A stretch of DNA of 64,000 nucleotides. Source: an uncultured Planctomycetota bacterium. Lineage in GTDB: Bacteria > Planctomycetota > UBA1135 > UBA2386. The stretch covers positions 17,955 to 81,954 of the forward strand of contig CAWGKH010000021.1 of assembly GCA_963823025.1 (NCBI GenBank). The letters are read 5' to 3'. Position 1 is the first letter of the stretch; each line of letters opens with the position of its first letter. The translations under genes were made by a program, and so were the position numbers. Under the pieces are notes generated by a model that was not told where the DNA came from, searched no databases, and saw nothing but the letters and a program-made list of their open reading frames with translations. Below, in pieces: positions 1 through 11,237 of this stretch.

Positions 1-3000
1 AGCCGCTGTTGCCACCACCGGTGAGCGTCCGCTCCACCTGGATCGTGGTCCCGGGGACCGGCGTCCGCGGCACCTCGACGTTCGGGATCACGAGCGGTTC
101 GCCGATCTGCATCGAGACGACGAAATCGACCACCGTGTTGTTCACCGGGTCGTTGACGTCGACCCCGCGTTGGATGATCTCCTGGCTCGTGAGCTCACGC
201 TCCTCCACCGACTGGACGGCGAGCGTCTGCCCGGGCTCGAGGTCGAACTGCACCGTGCTGGTGCCGTCGGGCACGACGACGTTCCGCGACGCCGCGACGT
301 AGCCCTGCTTGAAGGCCGCGAGTCCGCGGGAACCCGCGGGCAGGTGGACCGTGACGTCCCCGGCGCTGTCGGTCGAGAACACGCCGCTCAGGTCCTGGAA
401 CGCCAGGAGCGCTCCGCCGATGGCCGCACCGTTGGTCGAGTCGACGACGTGCACGGTCAGCGAGCTCGTCGGCTGGTCGAACAGGTCGACACGCAGGGCC
501 CCCTGGAACGTGTCGCCACCGCTCGTGCCGACGGCGATGCCGATCGGCTGGACGATCGGGTCGGTGCCGAGCGGCGCGCCGGCCGTGCCGAGCGGCACCG
601 CGAGGTCGCCACGGGCGATCACCGAGCCTCCCGGAGGCACAACGACTCCGGTGGGCGGCGCGACGAACGTCAGCCACGAACTGTCGGCGGTGATCGAGCT
701 CAAGGTCACGCTCGACGCACCGACGTTGCGGATCGTGACGGACACCGATGCCTCGTCACCGGGCCACGACGTGCGTCGCCCGCCGGACACCTTCAGATCG
801 ACCTGGGCGGCGCCGACGTACACCAGCGTCGCCGCGCGGTTGTTCGCCGGCGTGTCATCGGGAGGCGTGAGGTTCTCGACCACGACGTGAATGTCGGTCG
901 GTGTCGCCTCGGTCGGAGTCCACGACACCTGGAACGTCTCGTTGCCCCCGACGCCGATCGTGCTCCCCGTCTGTCCGATCAGCGTGCCGCCGAGATCCGG
1001 ATTGCCGACGTAGAACCGCGCGACCGCGCTGGCGTTGATCTGCCCGCCGTTGACGACACCGACCTGGAGCACGGTCGGCTGGCCCACGGCCGGCGCGGCG
1101 GGACTCGCCAGCAGCGAGCCCGAGGCGACCCGCAGGTCCGACGCGAACGGCGCGAACACGATGGTCCGCGAGATCGTCGGCAGACCGCTGGACGTCCACA
1201 TCAACTCGACGGTCTGCGCCGTGTCGACGCCGATGTCGTCGAAGGTCGCGACGCCGTTCACCGGGGACCGCGACAGCGTGCCGAAGGCGTTGCCGACCAG
1301 CGCCGGAATCTGCACGACGACCGCGTCCGTCGCCTGCGTCGCGACGTTGCCGTAGGTGTCCTCGACCTGCACCGCGATCGCCGGCAGGACGGCGTCCTCG
1401 ACCCCGAGGGACGGTGGTTCGGACACGAACGCGAGCGCCGTCGGATCCGCCGGCGCCACGGTGATCGCAGGACTCGTGACCGGGGTGAATCCCGTGACGT
1501 TCGCCGCGAGCCGGATGGTCTCGGCGTGGGTGTAGACGATGTCGTCGAACGTCGCCACGCCGTCCACGAGCGGCCGTGTCGACGTCCCCTGCAGCGTGTC
1601 GCTGCCGGTGGCGAGGGTCAGCACGACGTTCTGCCCGTTGACGCTGACCGGGTTGCCGAGACCGTCCCGCACTTCGATCGTGAACGCACCGAACACGTCG
1701 CCGGCGGTCTGCGCCGGCGCGGGCGGGGTCCCGAACACCAGGATCTGCGCGGCGCCCGACTGCACCGTGACGTTCGCCGTCAGCGGCGTCGGGATCGACG
1801 CGGCCGAGCAGGCGATCTCGATCGGCTCGGCGAGTCCGTAGGACAGGTCGTCGAACGTCGCGAGGCCGGCGACCGCCGCACGTGTCGTGGTGCCGGCGAG
1901 CGTTCCGCCACCCGACGAGACCGCCACATCGACGTCGTCGGTGAACGCGGTGTCGAGGTTGCCGTAATCATCCTCGGCGCGGACCACGAACGCCGGCCAG
2001 CTGTCCCCCGCCGCCACGGTCGCAGCCGGCGCGGTGCCGAACACGAGAGCCGTGGCCGGTGCCGGGTCGATCGTCACCGACACGCCCTGGATCGGGGTCA
2101 GCCCCCCGGCGACGACGTCGAACGTCCAGGCCCCGGCGACCGTGGCCGAGAGGTCGGCGAACGTCGCGATGCCGCCGACGGCCGGCTGGCTCAACGTCCC
2201 GTAGATCGTGCTGCCGCCGATCGGTTGGATCGTCACGGTCTCGGCGGCGTTGGTGTTCAGCACACCGCTGCCGTTCTCGATGCGCACGGTGAACGCCGGC
2301 CAGGTGTCGCCGGCGGTCGCGGTCGACGCCGGCGGCGTCCCGAACGCGAGCTGCACCGACGCCGACAGCGGCGTGATCTGGATCGTCGACAGGACGTTGG
2401 TCGCGCCGATCACGTCGATCCGCTCGCTGAGCTCGTAGGTGTAGGTCGTCGTCGGATCGAGGTTCTGGTCGACGACCTGGTACGCACCCGGTCCCGTGGC
2501 GTCGCGGGTGGCGACCGTCGTGAACGGCCCGGCCGGATCCGGCGCGCGGCGCAGGACGAAGGCGTCGACGTCGGGTTCGTCGGCCGTCGCCCAGTCGAGC
2601 GTGATCTGCTCGACTCCCGGTGTCCCGGTGAACGACAGCAGATCGGTCGCCTGCGGATCGGCCCAGACCAACAGGTCGCCGGGATCGTTCTCGAACGTCT
2701 CGCCGGAGAGGTCGCCCGCGAAGTTGACGAACGTGATCGGCTGGCTCGTCGGCGACGTCGTCACGTTGAACACGCCGGGGGTGGCCGCGGGATTCTCGAA
2801 CCGCGGGAACCGGATCTCGGTCGGCGTCGTGCGCCGGATGTCGAGCAGCACCGCACCGGCGACCGGGAACGGCTCACCGAACGTGACCGCACGCAGATCG
2901 TTCGGTGCGGGCGCGAGGGTCGCGGACTCCGCGATCTGGACGCCGGCGGCACTCATCTTCTCGAACACGGCGTTCTGCGCGGCGATCGCCCCCGCCAGGC

Positions 3001-5921
3001 TCAGCGTGTAACCGCCGCTCCCGCTGCAGGTGATCGTCGCCGGGGACCCGGCCTCACCGAGCGCGGTCAGGCCGCCGGTCGCTGCGATCGCGACCACCGC
3101 GGTCGGCTCGAACGTGATCCGTCCGCCGACGCCGATCTCGAGGCCTCCGGCGATCGGCACGCTGTCGTCGTCGACCTGGAGGTCGAGGTGATTCGTGCCG
3201 ACGTCGAGCACGGCGGGCGTGTCGATCAGGAGATGCGTCGTCTGGATCGTGACGTCGGTGCTGCCGAGGCTCCGACGGCCGCCGAGGAGCCGCAGGTCGG
3301 TGAATTGCACCGGCTGCCCGGCCGTGGATTGCGACACCGCGCCATCGCCGGTGAGCTCGACGCGGTTGGCGACGACGTAGTTCGTGTCGGTGAGCCAGTC
3401 GCCGCCGCAGCGGAGCACGGGCTGCGCACCGCTGGCCGTGGTGCCGGCGAACGTCACGTTGCCCGCGACGTCGATCTCGCCACCGGCATAAGTCGACAGC
3501 GAGCCACCGAGCAGGTCGGCGTTGCCACCGACCGTCAGCGTGTGGCCGTAGCGCGTCTGCAGATCGCCGGAGACCAGCGTCACGTCGCCGGTCACCGTCA
3601 CCTCGCCGCCGACCCACATCGCGCCGCTGTCCTTCTGGATCTCGACGCTCGGGATCGTGCCGCCGAAGTCGCCCCGCTGGGTCGTGTCGCACACGAAGTG
3701 CCCGGTCGTCGCCACCGCACCGCTCAGATCCAAGCTCGCGCCCACGTGGTGCGTGCCGTTCGCCAGCGTCGCCGTGCCGCTGAGCTGCAGGTTGCCCTCG
3801 ACGTCCACCAGCGTCGAGCCGCCGTTCAACGTCCCGCCGGCGACCAGGCTGCCGGCCACCGACAGGTCGCCCGACGCCGTCGTCAGCGTCCCGTCCACCG
3901 TCAGCGAGCCGCCGATCGTCGGATTGGTCGCGAATGTCACCGATGCGCCGCTCGCGACCGTCACCTCGTCGAACCACGGGCCGCTCCCGCCCACCGACTG
4001 CGCCGCCGTGCCGTCGAACACCACCTGGCCGTTGGTCGGCTGGTAGCTGCCGTCCGCGGTCCAGTTCCCACCACACCGCAACGTCGGCTGTGCACCGCTC
4101 GCCGTCGTCCCGGCGAACGTCACGTGGCCGCCCACGTCGATCTCGCCACCGGCGTAGGTCGACAGCGTGCCGCCGAGGAAGTCGGCATTGCCACCCACCG
4201 CCAGCACGTGGCCGTAGCGCGGCTGCAGGTCACCGGAGACCAGCGTCAGGTCCCCGGACACCGCCACCTCGCTGCCGATGAACACGCCCCCGGTACCCTT
4301 CTCCACCCGCACCTCGGCGATCGGCGACGACGACGCCAACGACATCGTGTTGGCCTGGTCGAGCACCATCACCCCGCTCATCACGAGCGACCCCGAGATC
4401 GACACGTTCGATCCGAACGTGTGGGTCAGGCCACCGAGGTCCAGACCGCCGGTCGACGTCAGCGCACCGTTCACGTCGAGCGCCTGCGCCGACGCATCGA
4501 GGCTGCCCGACACCGTCAGCGTGTCCAGCACCTGCAGCGGCGAGCCCAGCGTCACCGCGCTGCCCGACGCCACCTCGACCCGGTCCAGCCGCAGCGGACT
4601 GCCCTGCACGGTCTGCCCTGCGGTGCCGTCGAACACCACCTGGCCGTTGGTCGGCTGGTAGCTCCCGGCCTGGCTCCAGTTGCCCGCGCACCGCAGCGTC
4701 GGCTGCGGACCACTCGCCGCGGTGCCGGCGAACGTCACGTGGCCCGCCACCTCGATCGTGCCACCGTAGTAGACCGACAGCGTGCCGCCGAGGAAGTCGG
4801 CGTTGCCGCCCACCGTCAGCGTGTGGCCGTAGCGCGGCTGCAGGTCACCGGAGACCAGCGTCAGGTCCCCGGACACCGCCACCTCGCTGCCGATGAACAC
4901 GCTCCCGGTGCCCTTCTCCACCCGCACCTCGGCGATCGGCGACGACGACGCCAACGACATCGTGTTGGCCTGGTCGAGCAGCATCACCCCGCTCATCACG
5001 AGCGACCCGGAGATCGACACGTTCGATCCGAACGTGTGGGTCAGGCCACCGAGGTCCAAGCCGCCGGTCGACGTCAGCGCACCGTTCACGTCGAGCGCCT
5101 GCGCCGACGCATCGAGGCTGCCCGACACCGTCAGCGTGTCCAGCACCTGCAGCGGCGAGCCCAGCGTCACCGCGCTGCCCGACGCCACCTCGACCCGGTC
5201 CAGCCGCAGCGGGCTGCCCTGCACGGCCTGCCCCCCCGTGCCGTCGAACACCACCTGGCCGTTGGTCGGCTGGTAGCTCCCGGCCTGGCTCCAGTTGCCC
5301 GCGCACCGCAGCGTCGGCTGCGGACCACTCGCCGTGGTGCCGGCGAACGTCACGTGGCCCGCCACGTCGATCGTGCCACCGGAGTAGACCGACAGCGTAC
5401 CGCCGAGGAAATCGGCGTTGCCGCCCACCGCCAGCGTGTGGCCGTAGCGCGGCTGCAGATCGCCCGAGCTGAGCGTCAGGTCCCCGGTCACCGTCACATC
5501 GCTGTTGATCTGCACCGACCCGCCGCCGAGCGCGATCCGGAGCTCACGAACACTCCCGGCACCGGCGAATTGGCGAGTCGCCGTGCCGGCGAAGGCCACG
5601 ACCCCCGCGCCGGCGAGTGCACCGTTCACCGTGAGGTTGCCGTAGACGTCGAGCGTCAGCCCGCCGCCGACGTCGACACTCGCACCGGTGTCGACCGTCA
5701 ACGTCCGAACTGCGGCAGCGGTGGCCGCGACGGACGGAAGGAACGGCGTCCCCGCCGGGATCGTGGCGTCGACCGAGGCGCTCGGCACGCCGGCCGACCA
5801 GTTGGCAGGGTCGCTCCAGGCAGTGCTGGTGGCGCCGGTCCAGGTCGTCTGACCGGGGGCCACGGCCGCGGCGACGAGTGACGAAGACGGTGAAGAAGAA
5901 CGGGCGGAGGGCGAGGTGCAT
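1..5921 (-). CDS. Giant secreted/surface protein (adhesin-like): beta-helix-like repeats, FN3-like domain, four Ig-like repeats, CARDB-like domain; 3' end lies outside the window; +1 frame break near 5879
   Basis: ATG at 5921 gives MHLALRPFFFTVFV. The frame starting at 5878 continues LVAAAVAPGQTTWTGATSTAWSDPANWSAGVP and reads without a visible stop to position 1 (about 1960 aa). It is G/T/V/S-rich beta-strand sequence with repeated L(V/A)FGTxP...D.YGN...G.ATF.D Ig-like units. It is missing from the ORF track because no stop falls in the window; the + strand ORF 170..5881 is its antisense shadow. Confidence 0.85.
1150..2370 (-). repeat. Four degenerate Ig-like domain repeats of about 100 aa
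   Basis: LAFGTPP / LVFGTAP / LVFGTPP / LAFVSEPP followed by G(I/L/V)ATF(A/D)D recur at about 305-bp spacing (near 2345, 2040, 1735, 1425). Confidence 0.75.
3420..5490 (-). repeat. Intragenic tandem repeat, about 615-bp (205-aa) unit: two near-identical copies plus a diverged copy and a partial copy
   Basis: The motif gtggccgtagcgcg (peptide PRYGHTL) recurs near 3541, 4207, 4822 and 5437. Shadow ORFs 4278..4661 and 4893..5276 are almost identical and offset by 615 bp. Confidence 0.9.
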
Positions 5922-6082
5922 GGGGTTCCCGAAGCGAGAAAGTCAGCGTCAACAGCCCTGCGGTCCCGGCGCGCCGGCCGGTCTTACAGGCGATTTCGGC
6001 GGATTCGCCGAGGGCCCGATCGCGCCGGCGTGCCGTCGTTCGTCTGGACACGGCCCCGAACGGGCCCGACGATGGTCGGTGG

Positions 6083-6703
6083 ATGCCCCCGCCCCTCGAC
6101 ACCACGGCGCAGGTCCGCCGTGCGATCGCCGGTGACATGCAGAGCCTCGAATGGCTGGTGGAGCGGTTCTCCCCGGGGCTGCTCGCCCAGGCGCGCTACC
6201 GGATGGGACCGGACCTCGCGCGGCTCGTGGACCCCCAGGACGTCGTCCAGGACGCATGGGCGATCGCGATCCCGAAGCTCCACGAGCTGGCGATCGAAGA
6301 CCGCCGGGCGACGCCGATCACGCTCAAGTTCCTGACGTCGATCGTCCTGTTCCGCACCAACCACCTGCTGCGCGCCCACATCCGCCGCACCGCCCAGCGA
6401 AGCACCGAAGACGCGGATGGGCTACCGGCGCGGGAGGACGGTGCGCTGACCACCGCGATCCGGCGGGAGACCGTGCAGATCGTGCTCGATCAGCTCGAGG
6501 CGCTCGACCCGGCGGATCGCGAGGTCCTGATCCTGCGCGGACTCGAGCAACGGCCGGGCAAAGAGGTCGCCGAACTGCTCGCGACGTCCGCGGATGCCAT
6601 CTACGTCCGCTACCACCGCGCGATCCGGCGGCTGCGGGCGGCCCTTCCCGGATCGCTGTTCGCCGATCCGGCGCTGGCCGATCCGGACGGGACCGCGAGC
6701 TGA
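6083..6703 (+). CDS. ECF-type RNA polymerase sigma-70 factor (planctomycete type)
   Basis: Region 2 motif LARLVDPQDVVQDAW; region 4 motif LDPADREVLILRGLEQRPGKEVAELL...RYHRAIRRLR. Confidence 0.9.
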   Translation: MPPPLDTTAQVRRAIAGDMQSLEWLVERFSPGLLAQARYRMGPDLARLVDPQDVVQDAWAIAIPKLHELAIEDRRATPITLKFLTSIVLFRTNHLLRAHIRRTAQRSTEDADGLPAREDGALTTAIRRETVQIVLDQLEALDPADREVLILRGLEQRPGKEVAELLATSADAIYVRYHRAIRRLRAALPGSLFADPALADPDGTAS

Positions 6704-6712
6704 CGCGGGCGA

Positions 6713-9418
6713 TCAGCGCTTGTCGGCGCCTGCGGCCGCCTCGGCGGCCTGTCGCCTCGCCGTGAGCTCGCCCTGCACCTGCTCAGCCGCGGCCTCGTGC
6801 TCCTTCGCTTCCTGCATCCGACCGGTGCTCGCGCAGACCTGCGAGAGCACGATCTCGGCTCGCCTCCGGTAGGTCAGCGCCTGCTCGGAATCGAACGGTG
6901 CGAGCTCCTCGAGCGCGGTGCGCCCCATGCCCTCCGCCTCGTCGAACCGGTGCATCACCCACAAGACCTTGCCGAGCCAGACTCGCGCCTGACCACGCAT
7001 CAGGTGAGGACTCTCGTAGAGGTCGTCGAGCAAGCTCACCTCCTGCACCAGAGCGACTCGCGCGTCCTCGAGTCGACCGGCTCTGAGGAGCATCACCCCG
7101 AGGTTCTCGAGCAGACGCGCCTGGTTCCTGTGGTGACCGAGACCTGCCTTCTCGCGGACCTCGAGCACCGATCGCATCAGCTTCTCCGCCTCGTCGGTCT
7201 TCTTCTCGAACGCCAGGCACTCCGCGAGATCGGAAACGGCCGCCGTCGTCAGGTGGTGCGTCTCGCCGTGGCGCGCCGTCGCGATGCGGACCGCTTCGCG
7301 CAGATGGCGCTCGCCCTCCTCCGGGCGACGGGCCCAGGCATACGCGGGACCAAGCGAACGATGGATGGCGACCGCCGTGTCCGACTCGGGACCGATGGCG
7401 TGCTGGACCAGCTCGAGCAACTGCTCCAGTTCCCGAACCTGCTCCGCACGATCGCCGCCCAGCTTCACGGCGTTCAGCAGGTATCCGTACACCGCGAGCA
7501 CACGGACCGGGTGGCTCTCGGGATAGCTCTCCTCCGCCAGCTTCATCGCCTCGGAGCCGATCTTCGCGCCCGCCGTATAATCGCCGAGTTCACGGAGACA
7601 CGTCGCGGCCGAGCTCCGCGCGAGCACGGCGTCCATGTCCGACAGGCCCGCAAGGCTCACGAGCTTCCGATACCGGGCGAGGGCCTTGTCGTATTGGCCG
7701 CGTCGACGCGCCACATCGGCGAGCAGGAATCGGGCCTGGATCCCGATCCCGGTCGCGTCGCCGCCGCTCGCTTCCAACAACTCGGTGGCCATCCGCTCGG
7801 CCTCGTCCCACTGTCCCCGTGAGCTCGCGACCTCGGCCAACACCGTCCGGGCACGCATCCGGTCATGGCCAGCGTTCGCGGTATCGGATGCCGCGAACGT
7901 GCGCTCGGCCTTCGACGCCAGCTCCTCCGCGACGTCCATCTCGTCGAGGTTCGAGTAGACGCCGGCCAGCATCACCTGGAGCAGGGCGAGCAGTTCCGGA
8001 TCGTGGGCGAAGGTCTTCTCGGCGCGCCCGCGAGTCTGCTCGAGCGCCTCGTACACCGTGACCTCGCGACCTCGCTGCTCGGGGTGGATCGCGCCAAGCG
8101 TCTGCAGCAGCGTCGCGAACGCCGCCTGCTGCCGCTGCGCCTCGCGCTCGGCGATCTGGCGCTGCTGCTGCTCGATCGCCCTGGCGTGGTTCGCGTCCTT
8201 CAACGCGGACTGGGCGATGGTCGTCTGCTCCCGGGCCTCGGCCAGGCCGAGCGACGTGCCGACGACCGCACCGATGAGGCTGAGGACCAGCAACGCACCG
8301 ACCGCGAACAGTGCGCGATTGCGTCGAACCAGCTTCCGCAGTCGGTAGAGTCGCGTCGGCGGGACGGCCTCGACCGCTTCGTTCGCGGCGAATCGGCGGA
8401 GATCCGCTTCGAGTGAGTCCGCGCCGGCGTAGCGCCGCGCCGGGTCCTTCTCCATCGCACGACCGACGATCCAGTCGAGCTCCCGGGGCAGGGCGGGTGC
8501 GACGTTGCGCAGCCGCGGTGGCTCCTCCTCGATCACGGTCCGCAAGGCCTTGGAGAGCGGCATGTCGTGGAGATCGAACGGCGGCCGGCCCGCGAGCAGC
8601 TCGTAGAGGACCACGCCGAGCGCGTAGACGTCGGTGCGCGTGTCGACCTTCTGCGGGTCCTCGAGCTGGTCGGGACTCATGTAGCCGACCGTGCCGATCA
8701 GCTCGCCGGCTACCGTCAGCGTCCGGTGACCGTCGTCGACGTCGAGCGACCGCGCGATGCCGTAGTCGATGATTCGAGGTCGCCCATCTTCGCCGACCAG
8801 GATGTTCGCCGGCTTCAGGTCCCGGTGCACGACACCGAAGCGGTGGCCGTACTGCACGCCCTCGCAGACCTGGCGGAACAGTGCGACTCGCGCCGCCGGA
8901 TCCAGCCCTTCCTCATCGGCGTACCGAGACAGCGACCGGGCGCCCTCGATGAACTCCATCGCGAAGTACGGCACGTCGACGTCGCCGACCCGGTGCATGC
9001 CGGCCTCGTAGATCGTCGCGATCGCCGGATGCGTGAGCTTGCCGAGCACCGCGACCTCGTAGCGGAACCGCTGCAACGCCTCGGCCGATCGCAGTCCGAA
9101 GCGCATCAGCTTCACGGCGACGCGTCGCCGGGGATCGGTCTGCTCGGCCTCGTAGACGTCCCCCATGCCGCCGGACGCGAGGTGGCGGACGATGCGGAAG
9201 CTGCCGAGCACGGCGCCTTCCTCGAGACCCGCCGGCCGCACCGGCAACGGCGTCTCGAGGAAGCTGTCGTCCCGCAGGCACGCCGAGAGGAGCGCTCGGG
9301 CCTCGGCGAGCCCGGCCGGGTCCGCTGCGAACCGACGATCCAGCAGCTCTCCGCGTGCGGCGGCAGGGTGATCGAGAACCTCCTCGACCACAGCGATCAC
9401 ATGGCGCGACGTGGTCAT
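6713..9418 (-). CDS. Membrane-anchored Hanks-type Ser/Thr protein kinase with C-terminal TPR region
   Basis: Motifs ASGGMGDVY, VAVK, HRDLKPANIL, IDYGIA, GTVGYMSPDQ, DVYALG; TM helix LFAVGALLVLSLIGAVVG; TPR-like helices follow. Start set at ATG 9418 (MTTSRH), which overlaps the ECF stop (ATGA). Confidence 0.93.
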   Translation of the reverse strand: MTTSRHVIAVVEEVLDHPAAARGELLDRRFAADPAGLAEARALLSACLRDDSFLETPLPVRPAGLEEGAVLGSFRIVRHLASGGMGDVYEAEQTDPRRRVAVKLMRFGLRSAEALQRFRYEVAVLGKLTHPAIATIYEAGMHRVGDVDVPYFAMEFIEGARSLSRYADEEGLDPAARVALFRQVCEGVQYGHRFGVVHRDLKPANILVGEDGRPRIIDYGIARSLDVDDGHRTLTVAGELIGTVGYMSPDQLEDPQKVDTRTDVYALGVVLYELLAGRPPFDLHDMPLSKALRTVIEEEPPRLRNVAPALPRELDWIVGRAMEKDPARRYAGADSLEADLRRFAANEAVEAVPPTRLYRLRKLVRRNRALFAVGALLVLSLIGAVVGTSLGLAEAREQTTIAQSALKDANHARAIEQQQRQIAEREAQRQQAAFATLLQTLGAIHPEQRGREVTVYEALEQTRGRAEKTFAHDPELLALLQVMLAGVYSNLDEMDVAEELASKAERTFAASDTANAGHDRMRARTVLAEVASSRGQWDEAERMATELLEASGGDATGIGIQARFLLADVARRRGQYDKALARYRKLVSLAGLSDMDAVLARSSAATCLRELGDYTAGAKIGSEAMKLAEESYPESHPVRVLAVYGYLLNAVKLGGDRAEQVRELEQLLELVQHAIGPESDTAVAIHRSLGPAYAWARRPEEGERHLREAVRIATARHGETHHLTTAAVSDLAECLAFEKKTDEAEKLMRSVLEVREKAGLGHHRNQARLLENLGVMLLRAGRLEDARVALVQEVSLLDDLYESPHLMRGQARVWLGKVLWVMHRFDEAEGMGRTALEELAPFDSEQALTYRRRAEIVLSQVCASTGRMQEAKEHEAAAEQVQGELTARRQAAEAAAGADKR

Positions 9419-9996
9419 GACCGATGGTCTCCTTCGTCCGAGAGTTGTTGCCGAAGCCAGCCACGTGCCAGCTTCCAGCGGCGTTCCACCGTCCGGGTCG
9501 ACGTGCCGAGGACCTCGGCCACCTCGTCGTTCTCGAGCCCGCCGAAGTAGCGAAGCTCGACGACCGGCGATAGCCGGGCATCGATCGCCTCGAGCCGCGT
9601 CAGGAGGTCGTCGAGCACGACCAGATCCAGCGCACGGTCCTCGTACGTGACTGCCAGACCGTCCAGCGCGGCGACCGGCACGTCCCCGCCACGCTTGTGC
9701 GCGCGCTTCGCGCGCGCGTGGTCGGTCAGGATCTGACGCATCGCCCGGGCCGCGCACGCGAGGAAGTGCCGGCGATCCCGAAAATCGCTCGAGCTCTGGA
9801 TCAGCTTGATCCACGCCTCGTGCACCAGCGCGGTCGGCTGCAGCGTGTGCCCGCGCCGCCCGGCCATCCGGTGCTGCGCGAGGGACATCAGCTCCGCGTG
9901 CACGATCGGCAGCAGCTCGTGGGCTGCCGCCGGATCGCCGTCGCGAAGCCGCGCCAACAGAACCGTCGCGACGTGCGTTGCGTCTCCGCTCTCCAT
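9415..9996 (-). CDS. ECF sigma factor, TIGR02999-like family
   Basis: Family motifs HTLQPTALVHEAWIKL, HFLACAARAMRQILTDHARAKRAHKRGG, VVELRYFGGL, TVERRWKLARGWL; translationally coupled to the kinase. Start set at ATG 9996. Confidence 0.93.
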   Translation of the reverse strand: MESGDATHVATVLLARLRDGDPAAAHELLPIVHAELMSLAQHRMAGRRGHTLQPTALVHEAWIKLIQSSSDFRDRRHFLACAARAMRQILTDHARAKRAHKRGGDVPVAALDGLAVTYEDRALDLVVLDDLLTRLEAIDARLSPVVELRYFGGLENDEVAEVLGTSTRTVERRWKLARGWLRQQLSDEGDHRS

Positions 9997-10229
9997 ACCC
10001 AGGGAATGGAATCGGGCGGAAGTCCCCGATTCCGACCCGAGGATGCCGTCCTCGCCACCGCGGTGCAAGGCGCCCGGCCGCCGGTCGACGCGGTGACCGG
10101 AAATTCTGTCGGTCGCGCGCTCGCGTTCGCGTTTGGCCGGGCGAAGTCCATCTCACCGATTCGTCCGCAATGCCCGCCGTCGCCCTCGCCCGTGCCAATG
10201 GAGCCCTGCGCAAGCTCTTCGCGCGGCGA

Positions 10230-11237
10230 ATGGCGATGTCGGGCGACTCCGGCGGAGCGAACGAGAACCACCACCCGAACGACGCCGGACCATGGGCCGA
10301 CGCCGTCGACGTCGCGCTGCGCGCAGCGACCAAACATGCGCTCGGTCCGCGCGCGGACGCCTCCTTCGGACCGTTCCGCGTCGAAGCGCTGCTCGGTCGC
10401 GGAGGCCACGCCGTCGTGCACCGCGCCGTCGACACGCGGATCGGCCGACCGGTCGCGCTCAAACGCCCGCGGTCGGATCGTTGGAGCCCCGCCCACCTGA
10501 TGCGCTTCGAACGCGAGGCCCGCATCGCCACGGGCCTGCGACATCCGGCCGTCTGCACGGTATGGGAAGCCGGCGAGCACGACGGAACCGCCTACCTCGC
10601 GACCGAGCTGCTCCCGGGTCCGACCCTGGCCCGTTGCATCGCCGAGCACCGCCGAGCCGGCGCGTCCGGTCCGGTCGGCCTGCCGGGCGCGGCGCCCGAT
10701 CGCGACGCGCGCATCGACGCAATCGTCGAGATGATCGCGCAGGTCGCGAGCGGCGTCGAACACGTACACCAGTCGGGATTCGTCCACGGCGACGTGACGC
10801 CGGGCAACGTGGCGTTCGCCGCCGACGGCGCGCCGGTCCTGTTCGACTTCGGCATCGCCACGGCAATCGACGACCCGCTGTCCGTCGCTTTGGACACCTT
10901 CGGCACGCCCGGCTACACCGCCCCGGAATTGCTCGGGCGGGCCACCGTCGATCCGCGCCAGGACGTCTTCGCTCTGGGAGCGCTGCTCGCCGAGCTGACG
11001 ACCGGACACGCACCGTCGATCGGAGTCGTTCACGACTCGCGATCACCACTGGGGCGCGTGATCCTGCGCGCGCTCCACGCAAACCCGGACCGACGGCCGC
11101 CGAGCGCCGCGGCCTTCCTCGCGGAACTCGCGGCGTGCCGCGTCAATCGTCGTTCGGCGTCAGGAACTCGAGTGAGAACGACTCGTCGTCTTCGCTCTGG
11201 TTCCCCGCGCCCAGCACCTTGTCGAGGGCCGAGTTGA
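10230..11237 (+). CDS. Stand-alone Ser/Thr kinase domain protein with atypical catalytic loop
   Basis: Motifs LGRGGHAVV, VALKR, RFEREA, HGDVTPGNV, FDFGIA, GTPGYTAPE, DVFALG. Start is uncertain (ATG 10230 or 10236). The 3' end overlaps the next gene by about 95 bp. Confidence 0.85.
   Translation: MAMSGDSGGANENHHPNDAGPWADAVDVALRAATKHALGPRADASFGPFRVEALLGRGGHAVVHRAVDTRIGRPVALKRPRSDRWSPAHLMRFEREARIATGLRHPAVCTVWEAGEHDGTAYLATELLPGPTLARCIAEHRRAGASGPVGLPGAAPDRDARIDAIVEMIAQVASGVEHVHQSGFVHGDVTPGNVAFAADGAPVLFDFGIATAIDDPLSVALDTFGTPGYTAPELLGRATVDPRQDVFALGALLAELTTGHAPSIGVVHDSRSPLGRVILRALHANPDRRPPSAAAFLAELAACRVNRRSASGTRVRTTRRLRSGSPRPAPCRGPS

Noticed and set aside
170-5881. 1903-aa plus-strand ORF
   Set aside because: R/H/G-rich antisense shadow of the minus-strand surface protein; no recognisable domains.
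9419-10558. N-terminal extension of the 1281-aa kinase ORF
   Set aside because: It overlaps the ECF gene in another frame; the real start is the ATG at 9418.
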